The position numbers were made by a program, and so were the translations under genes. 64,000 bases of DNA from Diaphorobacter ruginosibacter (GTDB taxonomy: Bacteria; Pseudomonadota; Gammaproteobacteria; Burkholderiales; Burkholderiaceae_C), in contig NZ_CP060714.1 in the NCBI RefSeq assembly GCF_014395975.1, positions 4,463,686 through 4,527,685 on the forward strand, read 5' to 3'. Positions 9,516 to 18,807 of this stretch are shown here, one piece after another. The notes beneath the pieces were generated by a model, which searched no databases, was not told the origin of the DNA, and saw only the letters and a program-made list of their open reading frames with translations. Each line of letters begins with the position of its first letter. Positions within the stretch are counted from its first letter, which is position 1.

Positions 9516-10808
9516 TCACGCGGTGGCGGCCTTGGGGGCCGAGCGCGCCGCCACACCCGCGCCCACGAATCCGGCAGACACCACCGACAGCGCCAGCGCC
9601 GCGGCCGATCCGAAGAAGATGCCGGCGTTCATGTGCCGGTCCAGCATCGCGCCGAACACCGGGGCGGCCAGGCTGAAGCCCAGGTCCAGCCCCGAATAGA
9701 CCGTGCCATAGACGCGGCCCGTGGCACCGGGTGGCGCGGCGCGCTTGATCAGCATGTCGCGCGAAGGGCCGGCGATGCCGATGCCCAGGCCCGCCAGCGC
9801 GGTGATCACGAGCGCGCCCATGCCCGGCAGGATGCCGAGACCGACCAGGGCCAGCAGCGCCGCGGCGGCCAGCAGGCACAGCGAGATGATCTTCTCGAGT
9901 CGCTGCACGCGCGCAACGAGGAAGCCGCCGATCACCATGCCGACGGCGCCGCACAGCATGTAGCCGGTCACGACCAGCGCCGTCATCGACAGGGGTGTGC
10001 CGTACAGGTTGTGCAGCGCCGGGCTGGCGAAGCTCTGGATGGCGCTGAGCGAGCAGGTGCTGAAGAAGAAGAACGAAAAACACAGCCACACCGACGGCAG
10101 CTTGAGGAAGGCCATGGGGTGCTCCGGCTGGGCCACCACTCCCACACCGCCCTTGCTCGCGGCCTGGTTGCCGGACCACGAGCCCTGGCGGTCGTCGAGG
10201 GCGTCCCGGTTCAGCACCATGATGGTGAGGATGACGAACGCGAGGGCTGCGCCGCTCAGGCAGGCCGTGCGCCAGGAGCCCGATGCCGTGGCGATGCCGG
10301 CCATGAATACCGGGGCCGTCGCCCAGCCGAGGTTGCCCGAGATGCCGTGCACCGAGAAACCGTGGCCCAGGCGCTTGGGCGAGACCCGCTTGTTCAGGAT
10401 GGTGAAATCAACGGGATGGAACGGCGCATTGCCCATGCCCGCCAGCAGCGAGGCGAGGATCAGCGAGGGATAGCCGCTCGCCGTGCCCGCGACCAGCCCC
10501 GCGGCGATGAAGCACGACAGGGCATAGAACAGCACGGGACGGGCCCCCACGCGATCGACAACGAAGCCCGAGAGCATCTGCCCCACGCCCGAGACCACGA
10601 AGAACACCGACACCAGCAGGCCGAGTTGCGAGTAGCTGAAGTCGAACTCCGCGATCAGGAACGGGAACAGCGGCGGCAGCAGCATGTGGAAGAAGTGCGA
10701 GGAGCCGTGCGCAAGCCCGATCAGGCCGATGGTGCGCGCGTCCTGCCGAAGGCTGCCCTGCCCGTCCGGGGACGGCGCGGACGAAGGTGTGGATGTTGTC
10801 GTGGTCAT
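9516..10808 (-). CDS. MFS transporter
   Basis: 12 predicted TM segments, MTTTTSTP...GLIGLAHGSSHFFHMLLPPLFP, ATG at 10808. The longer ORF to 11591 is an antisense artifact. Confidence 0.85.
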   Translation of the reverse strand: MTTTTSTPSSAPSPDGQGSLRQDARTIGLIGLAHGSSHFFHMLLPPLFPFLIAEFDFSYSQLGLLVSVFFVVSGVGQMLSGFVVDRVGARPVLFYALSCFIAAGLVAGTASGYPSLILASLLAGMGNAPFHPVDFTILNKRVSPKRLGHGFSVHGISGNLGWATAPVFMAGIATASGSWRTACLSGAALAFVILTIMVLNRDALDDRQGSWSGNQAASKGGVGVVAQPEHPMAFLKLPSVWLCFSFFFFSTCSLSAIQSFASPALHNLYGTPLSMTALVVTGYMLCGAVGMVIGGFLVARVQRLEKIISLCLLAAAALLALVGLGILPGMGALVITALAGLGIGIAGPSRDMLIKRAAPPGATGRVYGTVYSGLDLGFSLAAPVFGAMLDRHMNAGIFFGSAAALALSVVSAGFVGAGVAARSAPKAATA

Positions 10809-10874
10809 GAGGACGATATTAGGGCCAACCGCCCTCGTCCGGGATACGATAGTCTGCCAATCTCTATTGCAAAC

Positions 10875-11753
10875 ATGCCAAGCAGACCCGCCAATACCTC
10901 CATCGGCGCGCGCCGCTCGGTGCGGCGGCTGTCGTATCTGGAATCCGTTGCTCCGCCGCCCTACGTGCCCACGCGCGAGCGGCCCGTGCGGGTGCGCTAT
11001 CGCAAGCTCAGCGCGGACACCCAGATCATGCCGCACGCCCATGCCTGGGCGCAGGTGGCGATCTCGGCCTACGGCGTGCTGCGCCTTGACGTGCCCAAGG
11101 GCACCTACATGGTGCCGCCATCGCGCGCGGTGTGGGTGCCTCCCGGTGTCGAGCATGCGGTGACGATGGTGGAGGACGCGGATCTCCGCACGCTCTACCT
11201 GTACCAGCCGCCCGATCGCTGCGGCCCCGGTGTGGCGCGGCACGAGGAAGAACCGTGGCGCCAGTGCCGCGTGCTCGAGGCCTCCGACCTGCTGCGCGCG
11301 CTGGCGCGCGAGATGCCCACGGAATCGGACGATGAACCCACGCCCTCTGCGGACGCATTGCGGCGCGAGAAGCACCTGAGCGCGCTGATCCTCGATGAGC
11401 TGCGGCGCGCGAACCCCGTCCGGCTCGGCGTCGACCTGCCGCACGACAAGCGGCTGCGCTCGCTCTGCGAGGCGGTGATTGCCGATCCCACGCTGCACGA
11501 GACGCTGGAGGAATGGGCGCGCAACACCGGTGCCAGCCCGCGCACCGTGGCCCGGCTCTTTCGCACCGAACTGGGCAGCACATTCACGCAATGGCGCCAG
11601 CAGGTGGTGCTGGCCAAGGCCCTGTCGATGGCCGCGTCGCGCATGCCCATGGGACAGATCGCGCAGGAGCTGGGCTACAGCCCCAGCGCTTTCAGTGCGA
11701 TGGTGCGCAAATCGGTGGGACAGTCGCCCGCGCGGTTCTTCGGCTCACTGTGA
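10875..11753 (+). CDS. AraC-family transcriptional regulator with N-terminal cupin domain
   Basis: Divergent from the MFS gene with a 66-bp spacer. C-terminal HTH_AraC (TGASPRTVARLFRTELGSTFTQWRQQ). Confidence 0.85.
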   Translation: MPSRPANTSIGARRSVRRLSYLESVAPPPYVPTRERPVRVRYRKLSADTQIMPHAHAWAQVAISAYGVLRLDVPKGTYMVPPSRAVWVPPGVEHAVTMVEDADLRTLYLYQPPDRCGPGVARHEEEPWRQCRVLEASDLLRALAREMPTESDDEPTPSADALRREKHLSALILDELRRANPVRLGVDLPHDKRLRSLCEAVIADPTLHETLEEWARNTGASPRTVARLFRTELGSTFTQWRQQVVLAKALSMAASRMPMGQIAQELGYSPSAFSAMVRKSVGQSPARFFGSL

Positions 11754-11787
11754 TGGCCTGCGGAAGGCGCAGTGCGCTTTCACGCGC

Positions 11788-12291
11788 TCACAGCCTCCGG
11801 GCCAGCCGCTCGAGCTGCTCGGCGCAGATGCCCCAGCCCGTGTGGAAACCCATGTCCTCGTGCGTCTTGCGGTCCTGCTCGTTCCAGTGGCGGGCAATCG
11901 CGGTGTAACGCGTTCCCTGGCCCTCCGGCTCGAAGGTGACGATGGCGGTCATGAAGGGCTTGTCCGACGGCACCCAGCCCGCGCGGTAGGCGTCGGTGAA
12001 CACCAGTCGGCGGCCGGGCACCGCCTCGAGGTACACGCCGTCGTTGGGAATCTCCTGCCCTTCGGGGCTCTGCATGACGATCAGGCAGCGGCCGCCGGGG
12101 CGCACGTCGACCTCGGCGCGCGCCACGCTCCAGGGCGCCGGGACGAACCATTTCACCAGCAGGGCCGGTTCTGTCCAGCAGCGATAGAGCTTGTCGGCCG
12201 GCGCATCGAGCAACCGCGTGAGCACCAGGTCGTTGCTGTGCACGGCAGCGGCCGGAGTGGAGGAGGAGATGGTGGTTGTGGAGTCGGACAT
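11788..12291 (-). CDS. SRPBCC (AHSA1/activator of Hsp90 ATPase-like) family protein
   Basis: MSDSTTT...LTRLLDAPADKLYRCWTEPALLVKWF motif, 167 aa. Confidence 0.75.
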   Translation of the reverse strand: MSDSTTTISSSTPAAAVHSNDLVLTRLLDAPADKLYRCWTEPALLVKWFVPAPWSVARAEVDVRPGGRCLIVMQSPEGQEIPNDGVYLEAVPGRRLVFTDAYRAGWVPSDKPFMTAIVTFEPEGQGTRYTAIARHWNEQDRKTHEDMGFHTGWGICAEQLERLARRL

Positions 12292-12329
12292 GGCTGCGGT
12301 TCCTTGGGTGTCTCTGGGGCGGGCGCCGT

Positions 12330-12683
12330 TCATGGCAGGGAACGGCCGTCGAATTCGCGCACGGGCACGGTATGCAGGTCCAGGCCTTCCACGCAGCGAA
12401 TGTTGACTGCCGCCATGGCCTCGCCCGTCTTCGGATGCCGGGCCTCGCCATACAGGTGAATGCCGCATTCGGGACAGAAATGGTGCCTGATCGCGTGCTT
12501 GTGGAAAGTGTAGACCTTGCTCGCCTCCTCGGGCGTCTTCAGGTGCAACGCGGTGCGCGGCACGAAGGCCAGCAGCGAGCCTCGCCGCTGGCACATGGAG
12601 CAGTTGCAGGCAAGGGCCTCCTTGAGCTCGCCGTCGAATTCGAACACGTTCCTGCCGCAGTGGCAGCTGGCCTGGTATCGCAT
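12330..12683 (-). CDS. GFA (glutathione-dependent formaldehyde-activating / CENP-V) family protein
   Basis: CHCG...CNCSMC...CPECG zinc-binding cysteine pattern, 117 aa. Confidence 0.8.
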   Translation of the reverse strand: MRYQASCHCGRNVFEFDGELKEALACNCSMCQRRGSLLAFVPRTALHLKTPEEASKVYTFHKHAIRHHFCPECGIHLYGEARHPKTGEAMAAVNIRCVEGLDLHTVPVREFDGRSLP

Positions 12684-12757
12684 GTCCTGATATCTCCTTG
12701 AGCCCGCTGAACGGGGCCTTGCAGGTTGGTTTTACATGTCTTCCGAAGCGCGGTGCG

Positions 12758-13201
12758 TCAGCGCGCCACCTGCTCGTCGAACACGTTGATCATCCAGGGC
12801 GTGCCGAAGCGGTCGGTCGTCATGCCGAAGCCGGGCGACCAGAAGGTCTTGGCGAAGGGCATGGCCACCTGGCCGCCCTGCGCGAAGGCATCGAAGATGC
12901 GGCGGCCTTCCTCCACCGTGTCCACGCGGATCGAGATGTACATGCCCTGCGGCGCGTGGTAGCCGGCACCTGCGCAGGCTTCGGGCATCACGTCCGAGCC
13001 CATGAGCTCCTGGTCGCCGAACTTCACGTAGGTGTGCATTACGCCGTTCTTCGCACTCTCGGGCACCGGTGGCATGTCGGGCATGGGCGGCATGTCGCCG
13101 AAGCGCATGACGGGCCCCTGCGTGCCGCCGAGCACCTTGGCGTAGAAAGCCATGGCTTCCGCGCAGTTGCCGTTGAAGTTGAGGTAGGGAATGAATTGCA
13201 T
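12758..13201 (-). CDS. VOC/glyoxalase-family (PhnB-like) protein
   Basis: MQFIPYLNFNGNCAEAMAFYAKVLGG is a PhnB-like N-terminus. GGAGAC RBS before ATG 13201. Confidence 0.75.
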   Translation of the reverse strand: MQFIPYLNFNGNCAEAMAFYAKVLGGTQGPVMRFGDMPPMPDMPPVPESAKNGVMHTYVKFGDQELMGSDVMPEACAGAGYHAPQGMYISIRVDTVEEGRRIFDAFAQGGQVAMPFAKTFWSPGFGMTTDRFGTPWMINVFDEQVAR

Positions 13202-13283
13202 GCGAGTCTCCTGAATGAAAAGTGAAGTGGAAAATGGAGCTGGAAATGATGCGGGGACGAAATGAATGTCCTGTGACCCGGCG

Positions 13284-13637
13284 TCAGGCCACCAGAATGG
13301 TCTGAAAGCCACCGTAGATCAAGCGCTTGCCGTCGAACGGCATGTCCTTGGGCATCTCCGGATCGTCCATCACGGCCTTCATGCCTCGGTCACGCACGGC
13401 CTTGTCAGGCCACACGACCCAGGAGAACACGACCACCTCGTCGCTCTCGCGCTTGACGGCCATGGGCATGGAGGTGAGCTGGCCCTCGGGCACGTCGTCA
13501 CCCCAGCATTCCACGACCGAGATCGCCCCGTGCCTGCGAAACAGCTGCGCGGCTGCCGTGGCCACGGCCAGGTAACGCTCCTTGTCCTGGGTCTTGACGG
13601 GGCAGAGGAACCCGTCGACGTAGTTCTGTAGCTTCAT
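13284..13637 (-). CDS. DUF1428 family protein
   Basis: MKLQNYVDGFLCPVKTQDKERYL is typical of DUF1428. GGAGAC RBS. Confidence 0.7.
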   Translation of the reverse strand: MKLQNYVDGFLCPVKTQDKERYLAVATAAAQLFRRHGAISVVECWGDDVPEGQLTSMPMAVKRESDEVVVFSWVVWPDKAVRDRGMKAVMDDPEMPKDMPFDGKRLIYGGFQTILVA

Positions 13638-13785
13638 GAATCTGTCTCCTTGAAGGTGAAAAACCATCACGCCATCCATGAATGTGGACAACGTTCACTT
13701 ATTTTGCCGATTAAAATGAACACTGTCCACATTTAATTTTCCTGTTTGGTAAGGTTTTGTGATGACTTCCCCTGTCCACCTTTGA

Positions 13786-14427
13786 ATGCCCATGTCAGCC
13801 GATCCTTCCGACCCCAGCGCCCGGCGCACGTACCACCATGGAGACCTGCGCCAGTCGCTGATCGATGCAGGCATCAGGCTTGCGCGTGAGGGCGGGCCGC
13901 AGGCCGTGGTGCTGCGCGAGGCCACGCGGCGCGCGGGCGTGGCGCCGAATGCCGCCTACCGGCATTTCGCGAACCGGGAGGCTCTGTTCGAGGCGGTGCG
14001 TGCGCAGGTGCTCGCCCACATGGCACTGTCGATCGAGACGGAGCTGGCGTCGGCGCGCAGCATGGCGGACCCTGCCGCGCGTGCGCACGCCATGCTGGCC
14101 GCCGTGGGGCGGGCCTACATCGCCTTTGCACAGGCGGAGACGGGGTGGTTCCGCACTGCATTTGCCAGGAACGACGATGCGGCTCTGCCGGAAGGCGGTG
14201 CGCCTGTCGCGGCGGATCCGTTCCAGCTGCTGTGCGAGTCGCTCGACGCCATGGTGCAGGCGGGCGTCCTGCCTGCCGAGCGCAGGCCGATGGCGGAATA
14301 CCTGGCCTGGTCCACGGTGCACGGCATGGCCACGCTGATGATCGACGGCCCCCTGCGCCACAGCCCGGCGGCGCAGCGCACGCAGCTCACGGACCGGCTG
14401 CTGCAGATGGTCGAGAAGGGGCTCTGA
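13786..14427 (+). CDS. TetR/AcrR-family transcriptional regulator
   Basis: N-terminal HTH (VVLREATRRAGVAPNAAYRHFANREAL). Confidence 0.85.
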   Translation: MPMSADPSDPSARRTYHHGDLRQSLIDAGIRLAREGGPQAVVLREATRRAGVAPNAAYRHFANREALFEAVRAQVLAHMALSIETELASARSMADPAARAHAMLAAVGRAYIAFAQAETGWFRTAFARNDDAALPEGGAPVAADPFQLLCESLDAMVQAGVLPAERRPMAEYLAWSTVHGMATLMIDGPLRHSPAAQRTQLTDRLLQMVEKGL

Positions 14428-14516
14428 ACGGGCGTAGAGGCGAACGGCTACGATCGCAGGAACGCCCTCTGCCGCAGAGCATGTGTCCCTTCACCCAACG
14501 GTCGATCCGTCCCGCC

Positions 14517-15146
14517 ATGAACACCGAATCCGAACGCTTCCATACCTATCTTCCGCGCGAGGGCCACGGCCTGCCGCATGACCCGTTCAACGCCATCATC
14601 GGCCCGCGCCCGATCGGCTGGATGTCCACCCGAAGCGCCTCGGGCGTGCTCAATCTCGCGCCCTACAGCTTCTTCAATGCGTTCAACTACACCCCCCCGA
14701 TCGTCGGCTTCTCCAGCCTCGGCCGCAAGGACACGCTGCGCAACATCGAGGAGACCGGCGAATTCGTCTGGAACCTGGCGACCCGGCCACTTGCCGAAGC
14801 CATGAACCAGAGCTGCGCGGCCGTTCCGTTCGACGTGGACGAGTTCGACCTCGCCGGGCTCACGCCGCTCGCATCCCAGGTCGTGACGCCGCCGCGCGTG
14901 GCCGAAAGCCCCGTCACCATGGAATGCCGGTGCACGCAGATCGTGCAGCTGCGGGGGGCCGACGGCGCGGACATACCGAGCTGGCTGGTGCTTGGCGAAG
15001 TGGTGGCCGTGCACATCGAGCGCAGCCTGCTCAAGGACGGCATCTATGACACCGCCGCGGGCCAGCCCATCCTGCGCGGCGGCGGTCCCGCGGACTATTT
15101 CAGCATCGGCGAGGCGCAGCGCTTTCGCATGTTCCGCCCGCGCTGA
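14517..15146 (+). CDS. flavin reductase family protein
   Basis: Flavin_Reduct domain (IGPRPIGWMSTRSASGVLNLAPYSFFNAF), ATG at 14517. Confidence 0.8.
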   Translation: MNTESERFHTYLPREGHGLPHDPFNAIIGPRPIGWMSTRSASGVLNLAPYSFFNAFNYTPPIVGFSSLGRKDTLRNIEETGEFVWNLATRPLAEAMNQSCAAVPFDVDEFDLAGLTPLASQVVTPPRVAESPVTMECRCTQIVQLRGADGADIPSWLVLGEVVAVHIERSLLKDGIYDTAAGQPILRGGGPADYFSIGEAQRFRMFRPR

Positions 15147-15157
15147 ACCGGCCCCGC

Positions 15158-15889
15158 TTATGCGGCTGCGCCCTGCCCCCCGACACCCTCCCGCGGGTGT
15201 CCGGCCCATGCGGTGGAAAGCGGCATGTGCATCCGCACGGTGGCAGCCAGCCCGTCGATGCTCCAGCCCTCGCCCAGCAGAATGCGGCGCGTGTTCAAGT
15301 GATCCAGAAGACGCTCGTCGTCCACCCGCGTGCCGAGGTAGGTGACCGTCTTGTCCTGCAGGTGCACATAGCCCTGCTCGTTGCCCTGCGCCAGGCGGTT
15401 CCATAATGCGTGCGCACCGGGCGACTGGCGCGCGCCCGAGATCAGGCACTGGCCGTTGCCGAGCGCCCAGCGGTAGATGGCCGTGGCCAGGCCCTGGCGC
15501 TGGTATTCGGGGGCGAATTTGGTGTGGGGCGCGCGCAGCACACGATCGGCGCGCCTGTTCAGCTCGACGAGCCGGTTGAACACCGTATAGCCGGCCAGCC
15601 GCCGCATGTGCAGGTCTTCAACGTAGATGTATTGCTCGCCGTCCGCCTCGCGGTAGTGGACGGTAAAGCGCGGATCGCCGAGGAAATCGAGCCGCTCGAT
15701 GCCGTGCATCGAGTCGCCGGGCGTATGGAGGCGGTCATGCAGCGACTGCAGCTCCTGCGCGATGGCGTCGGGGCCGGTGTACACATCGACGCGCAGCTCG
15801 GCAGGGCGCGGCAACGGCATCGGGGCTGCGGCCCGGCCCATGGGCGCAGGCAACCACGACGCCCAGAAAGGCGGCAGGGAAAGAAACAT
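15158..15889 (-). CDS. hypothetical protein, possible GNAT-like fold
   Basis: YQRQGLATAIYRWAL resembles GNAT motif A. No stronger match found; start set at MFLSLPP. Confidence 0.4.
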   Translation of the reverse strand: MFLSLPPFWASWLPAPMGRAAAPMPLPRPAELRVDVYTGPDAIAQELQSLHDRLHTPGDSMHGIERLDFLGDPRFTVHYREADGEQYIYVEDLHMRRLAGYTVFNRLVELNRRADRVLRAPHTKFAPEYQRQGLATAIYRWALGNGQCLISGARQSPGAHALWNRLAQGNEQGYVHLQDKTVTYLGTRVDDERLLDHLNTRRILLGEGWSIDGLAATVRMHMPLSTAWAGHPREGVGGQGAAA

Positions 15890-16080
15890 GAGGAGACGCT
15901 CCGTTGTCAACGGCGGGCATCCTAGGCCAGATCGCTGGCGAAGTCGCCCATGTCGCACTGCTTCAGTGCGACATGGGTAGCGGGCCTGCAGCAACAGGGA
16001 AGTGCATCCACAAATGCAAAAGCGGCCACAGGGGCCGCTTCTTGGGATCACTCCACCTGGACGGTGGGTCGATCGCCGTT

Positions 16081-17121
16081 TCAGCGCGAGAGCGCGTCCA
16101 GCGTCTGCGAGTCCAGTCGGCCCGTGGCCTTCAGGCCCTGGTCCTTCTGGAAGGCACGGATGGCGTTCATCGTCTTCGGACCCATGGAGCCGTCGGCAGA
16201 GCCGATGTTGTAGCCCAGGTCCATCAGGCGCTGCTGTGCTTCACGCGTGGACATGGCCGCGCCGGCACGTGTCTGCGAAGGAGCGGCACCGCCGTCCACG
16301 CCCAGCCGGCCACCGCCGCCCAGGCCCTGGCCCTGCACGGTCTGCGCCTTGTAGTTGCGCAGCGCCACGACCATCTGGTTGTAGGCGTCCATGAAGGCCG
16401 CCGTGATCACCTTGCCTTGGGCCGTGTTCTGATAACCACCCAGGCCGCCGCCCGCCACGCCGCCGAACAGGCCGCCGAAGCCCGCAAAATCGCTCTTGGA
16501 AGCGCTGCCCTCGGAAGCCGCCACCTGCACGCCTGAGCGGTTGTCCACCAGCGTCAGCATGGCGCTGGCCTCGCGGGTCTTCATGCTGCCGCCGATGGCG
16601 GCAATGGCCGCACCGCGTCCGCCGCCGATCAGGCCGCCCAGGGCACCACCGATACCGCCGGCATCGCTGTTGGAGAAGATGATTTCAGGCGAGAGGGCGT
16701 AGTCGGACGCCACCATCTGGCCCTTGCCGAAGTTGCTGCCGCCGCGCATTTCGCCGGAGCCCATCAGCTGGCGCTCACGGTCCATGGCGCGCATGCCTGC
16801 GGCGCTGCGCTCGACAATGATGAAGCAGTTGGATTGCTGCACCAGCAGGCGCAGCAGGTTGGCCGTTGGAGGCAGCTTGTATTCGTTGCGCAGGATCGTG
16901 TACCAGCCCGCATCCTGGTTCTCCACCAGCGACAGCGTGCCCAGCGACTGCGGGCAGCGCTCGAGCTGCGTGCTCTCGTTCGCGGTGTTGGCACCACCGG
17001 CGGCACCCGTCGCCACGGTCTTCGATTCGGCGCTGCCCATCTTCATGTTGGTGGTTTCGCAACCCGTCAGGGCAACAGCAGCACATGCTGCGGCAAGCAG
17101 CGTCAAAACTCTCTTGGACAT
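16081..17121 (-). CDS. CsgG/HfaB-family lipoprotein with C-terminal peptidoglycan-binding domain
   Basis: Lipobox LTGC. The CsgG-like core is TLSLVENQDAGWY...LLRLLVQQSNCFIIVERS...MVASDYALSPEIIFSN. The C-terminal PG_binding_1-like segment is MSTREAQQRLMDLGYNIGSADGSMGPKTMNAIRAFQKDQGL. Confidence 0.75.
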   Translation of the reverse strand: MSKRVLTLLAAACAAVALTGCETTNMKMGSAESKTVATGAAGGANTANESTQLERCPQSLGTLSLVENQDAGWYTILRNEYKLPPTANLLRLLVQQSNCFIIVERSAAGMRAMDRERQLMGSGEMRGGSNFGKGQMVASDYALSPEIIFSNSDAGGIGGALGGLIGGGRGAAIAAIGGSMKTREASAMLTLVDNRSGVQVAASEGSASKSDFAGFGGLFGGVAGGGLGGYQNTAQGKVITAAFMDAYNQMVVALRNYKAQTVQGQGLGGGGRLGVDGGAAPSQTRAGAAMSTREAQQRLMDLGYNIGSADGSMGPKTMNAIRAFQKDQGLKATGRLDSQTLDALSR

Positions 17122-17283
17122 CTAGGAATTCCTCTCGATACACAACCTGTTTGGCCGGCGGTTTCAACACACTGACGTGCTGTTCCTGCTCAAAACGACG
17201 GCGAATAATAGCGTCAGCCTCAAACTTCCGGCAAATGGTTGCAAGTTGTTTCTTTTTTGGTAGTTTTTCCGTATTGAGTTTTA

Positions 17284-18237
17284 TTACTGATTGCCTCTAA
17301 GCCGATCGATCAGCCCGTTGAGCGACTCCAGCGAGCCAAACTGGATCGCCAGCTCCCCCATCTCCTCGGTGCGGCCATTGCGTTTCACGCGCTTCTTCAC
17401 GCGCACCTCGACCTCGGCGGTGAGCAGGTCGGAGAGCTCTTCCTCCACCCGCTTCATGTCGCGCGACTTCTCTTTCTTGGGCTTCTGCGTCTGCAGGCTG
17501 AATTCGGCACCCAGCTTCTTGACCAGCGCCTCGGCCTCGCGCACCGACAGCTTCTTGGCCGCGATCTGGTTGCCGGCCGTGATCTGCGCCGCGCGATCGA
17601 GCGACAGCAGCGCGCGCGCGTGGCCCATGTCGATGTCGCCCGCCATCAGCATGGTCTGCACGGGATCGGCCAGGTTCAGCAGCCGCAGCAGATTGCTTGC
17701 GGCGCTGCGCGAACGTCCGACGGCCTGCGCCGCCTGCTCGTGCGTGAGGCCGAACTCGCGTACCAGCCGCTGCAGGCCCTGCGCCTCCTCCAGCGGGTTC
17801 AGGTCCTCGCGCTGGATGTTCTCGATCAGCGCCATCGCGGCCGCGGCCTCGTTGGGCACTTCGCGCACCAGCACCGGCACTTCGCTCAGGCCGGCCAGGC
17901 GCGATGCGCGGAAGCGCCGCTCGCCCGCGATGATCTCGTACTTGCCGGCGTTCGGGCCGTCCGCGAGCCTGCGCACCAGGATCGGCTGCATGATGCCCTG
18001 CTGCTTGATGCTCTCGGCCAGCTCGTAGAGCGCACCCTCGTCCATGCGCGTGCGCGGCTGGTACATGCCGGGCACCATCTCGGTCAGGGCCAGCTTGCCC
18101 ACGCCCTGCCCCTCCACGGGGCCGCTCTTGGCATTGGCGGCCCGGGACGTCGCCGGGGAGGCCTTGGTGTCGGCCACCTTGGGGCCCAGCAGCGCTTCGA
18201 GACCTCGGCCCAGGCCCTTGGGTTTCTTCGTGACCAT
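17284..18237 (-). CDS. parB: chromosome partitioning protein ParB
   Basis: MVTKKPKGLGRGLEALL, ParB box GERRFRAS, 317 aa. Confidence 0.95.
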   Translation of the reverse strand: MVTKKPKGLGRGLEALLGPKVADTKASPATSRAANAKSGPVEGQGVGKLALTEMVPGMYQPRTRMDEGALYELAESIKQQGIMQPILVRRLADGPNAGKYEIIAGERRFRASRLAGLSEVPVLVREVPNEAAAAMALIENIQREDLNPLEEAQGLQRLVREFGLTHEQAAQAVGRSRSAASNLLRLLNLADPVQTMLMAGDIDMGHARALLSLDRAAQITAGNQIAAKKLSVREAEALVKKLGAEFSLQTQKPKKEKSRDMKRVEEELSDLLTAEVEVRVKKRVKRNGRTEEMGELAIQFGSLESLNGLIDRLRGNQ

Positions 18238-18243
18238 ATCGGT

Positions 18244-18807
18244 TCAATCCTTTGTCGTGGTTCTGAGCGAATCCAGCAGCGCGTGGCCCTCGGGCCAGTC
18301 TCCCAGGCCGGATTCGGCGTTGATGTGTCCGCGCGCGCCCAGGTCGACGAAGCGCGAGCCCCAGGCATCGGCGAGTGCGCGGGCGCGCTCGAAGCTGCAA
18401 TAGGGGTCGTTGCGGCTGCCCACCAGGATGCTCGGGAACGGCAACGAGCGCATGGAGATCGGCGTCCAGCCGCGCAGCGGCCCCGTCAGCTCGGGCCGCT
18501 CCACGTCGCCCGGGGCCACCAACAGGGCACCCTGCACCTTGCCGGATGCATGGCCCGAATGCGCAGCCCACCACGCCGTGAGAATGCACCCCAGGCTGTG
18601 CGCCACCAGGATGACGGGTGCCGGCGCATCGACGACGGTCTCCTCGAGCCGCGCGCTCCAGTCGCCGCGCAGCGGGTGCATCCAGTCATGCTGCTCCACG
18701 CGTTGATAACCGTGCAGGCGCTCCCAGCGGGTCTGCCAGTGCGCCTCGCCCGACCCCTGCCAGCCGGGGAGAACCAGCACCTGCTGCGCGTTCATGGCGT
18801 CCTTCAT
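18244..18807 (-). CDS. alpha/beta serine hydrolase, RBBP9/YdeN-like, inserted between parA and parB
   Basis: MKDAMNAQQVLVLPGWQGSGEAHW...LVAHSLGC (GxSxG). Its ATG overlaps the parA stop (ATGA) and it ends 6 nt before the parB start. Confidence 0.75.
   Translation of the reverse strand: MKDAMNAQQVLVLPGWQGSGEAHWQTRWERLHGYQRVEQHDWMHPLRGDWSARLEETVVDAPAPVILVAHSLGCILTAWWAAHSGHASGKVQGALLVAPGDVERPELTGPLRGWTPISMRSLPFPSILVGSRNDPYCSFERARALADAWGSRFVDLGARGHINAESGLGDWPEGHALLDSLRTTTKD

Noticed and set aside
9633-11753. 706-aa plus-strand ORF
   Set aside because: It is a chimeric artifact. The first about 410 codons are antisense to the MFS transporter; only the C-terminal AraC part (10875-11753) has homology and an RBS.
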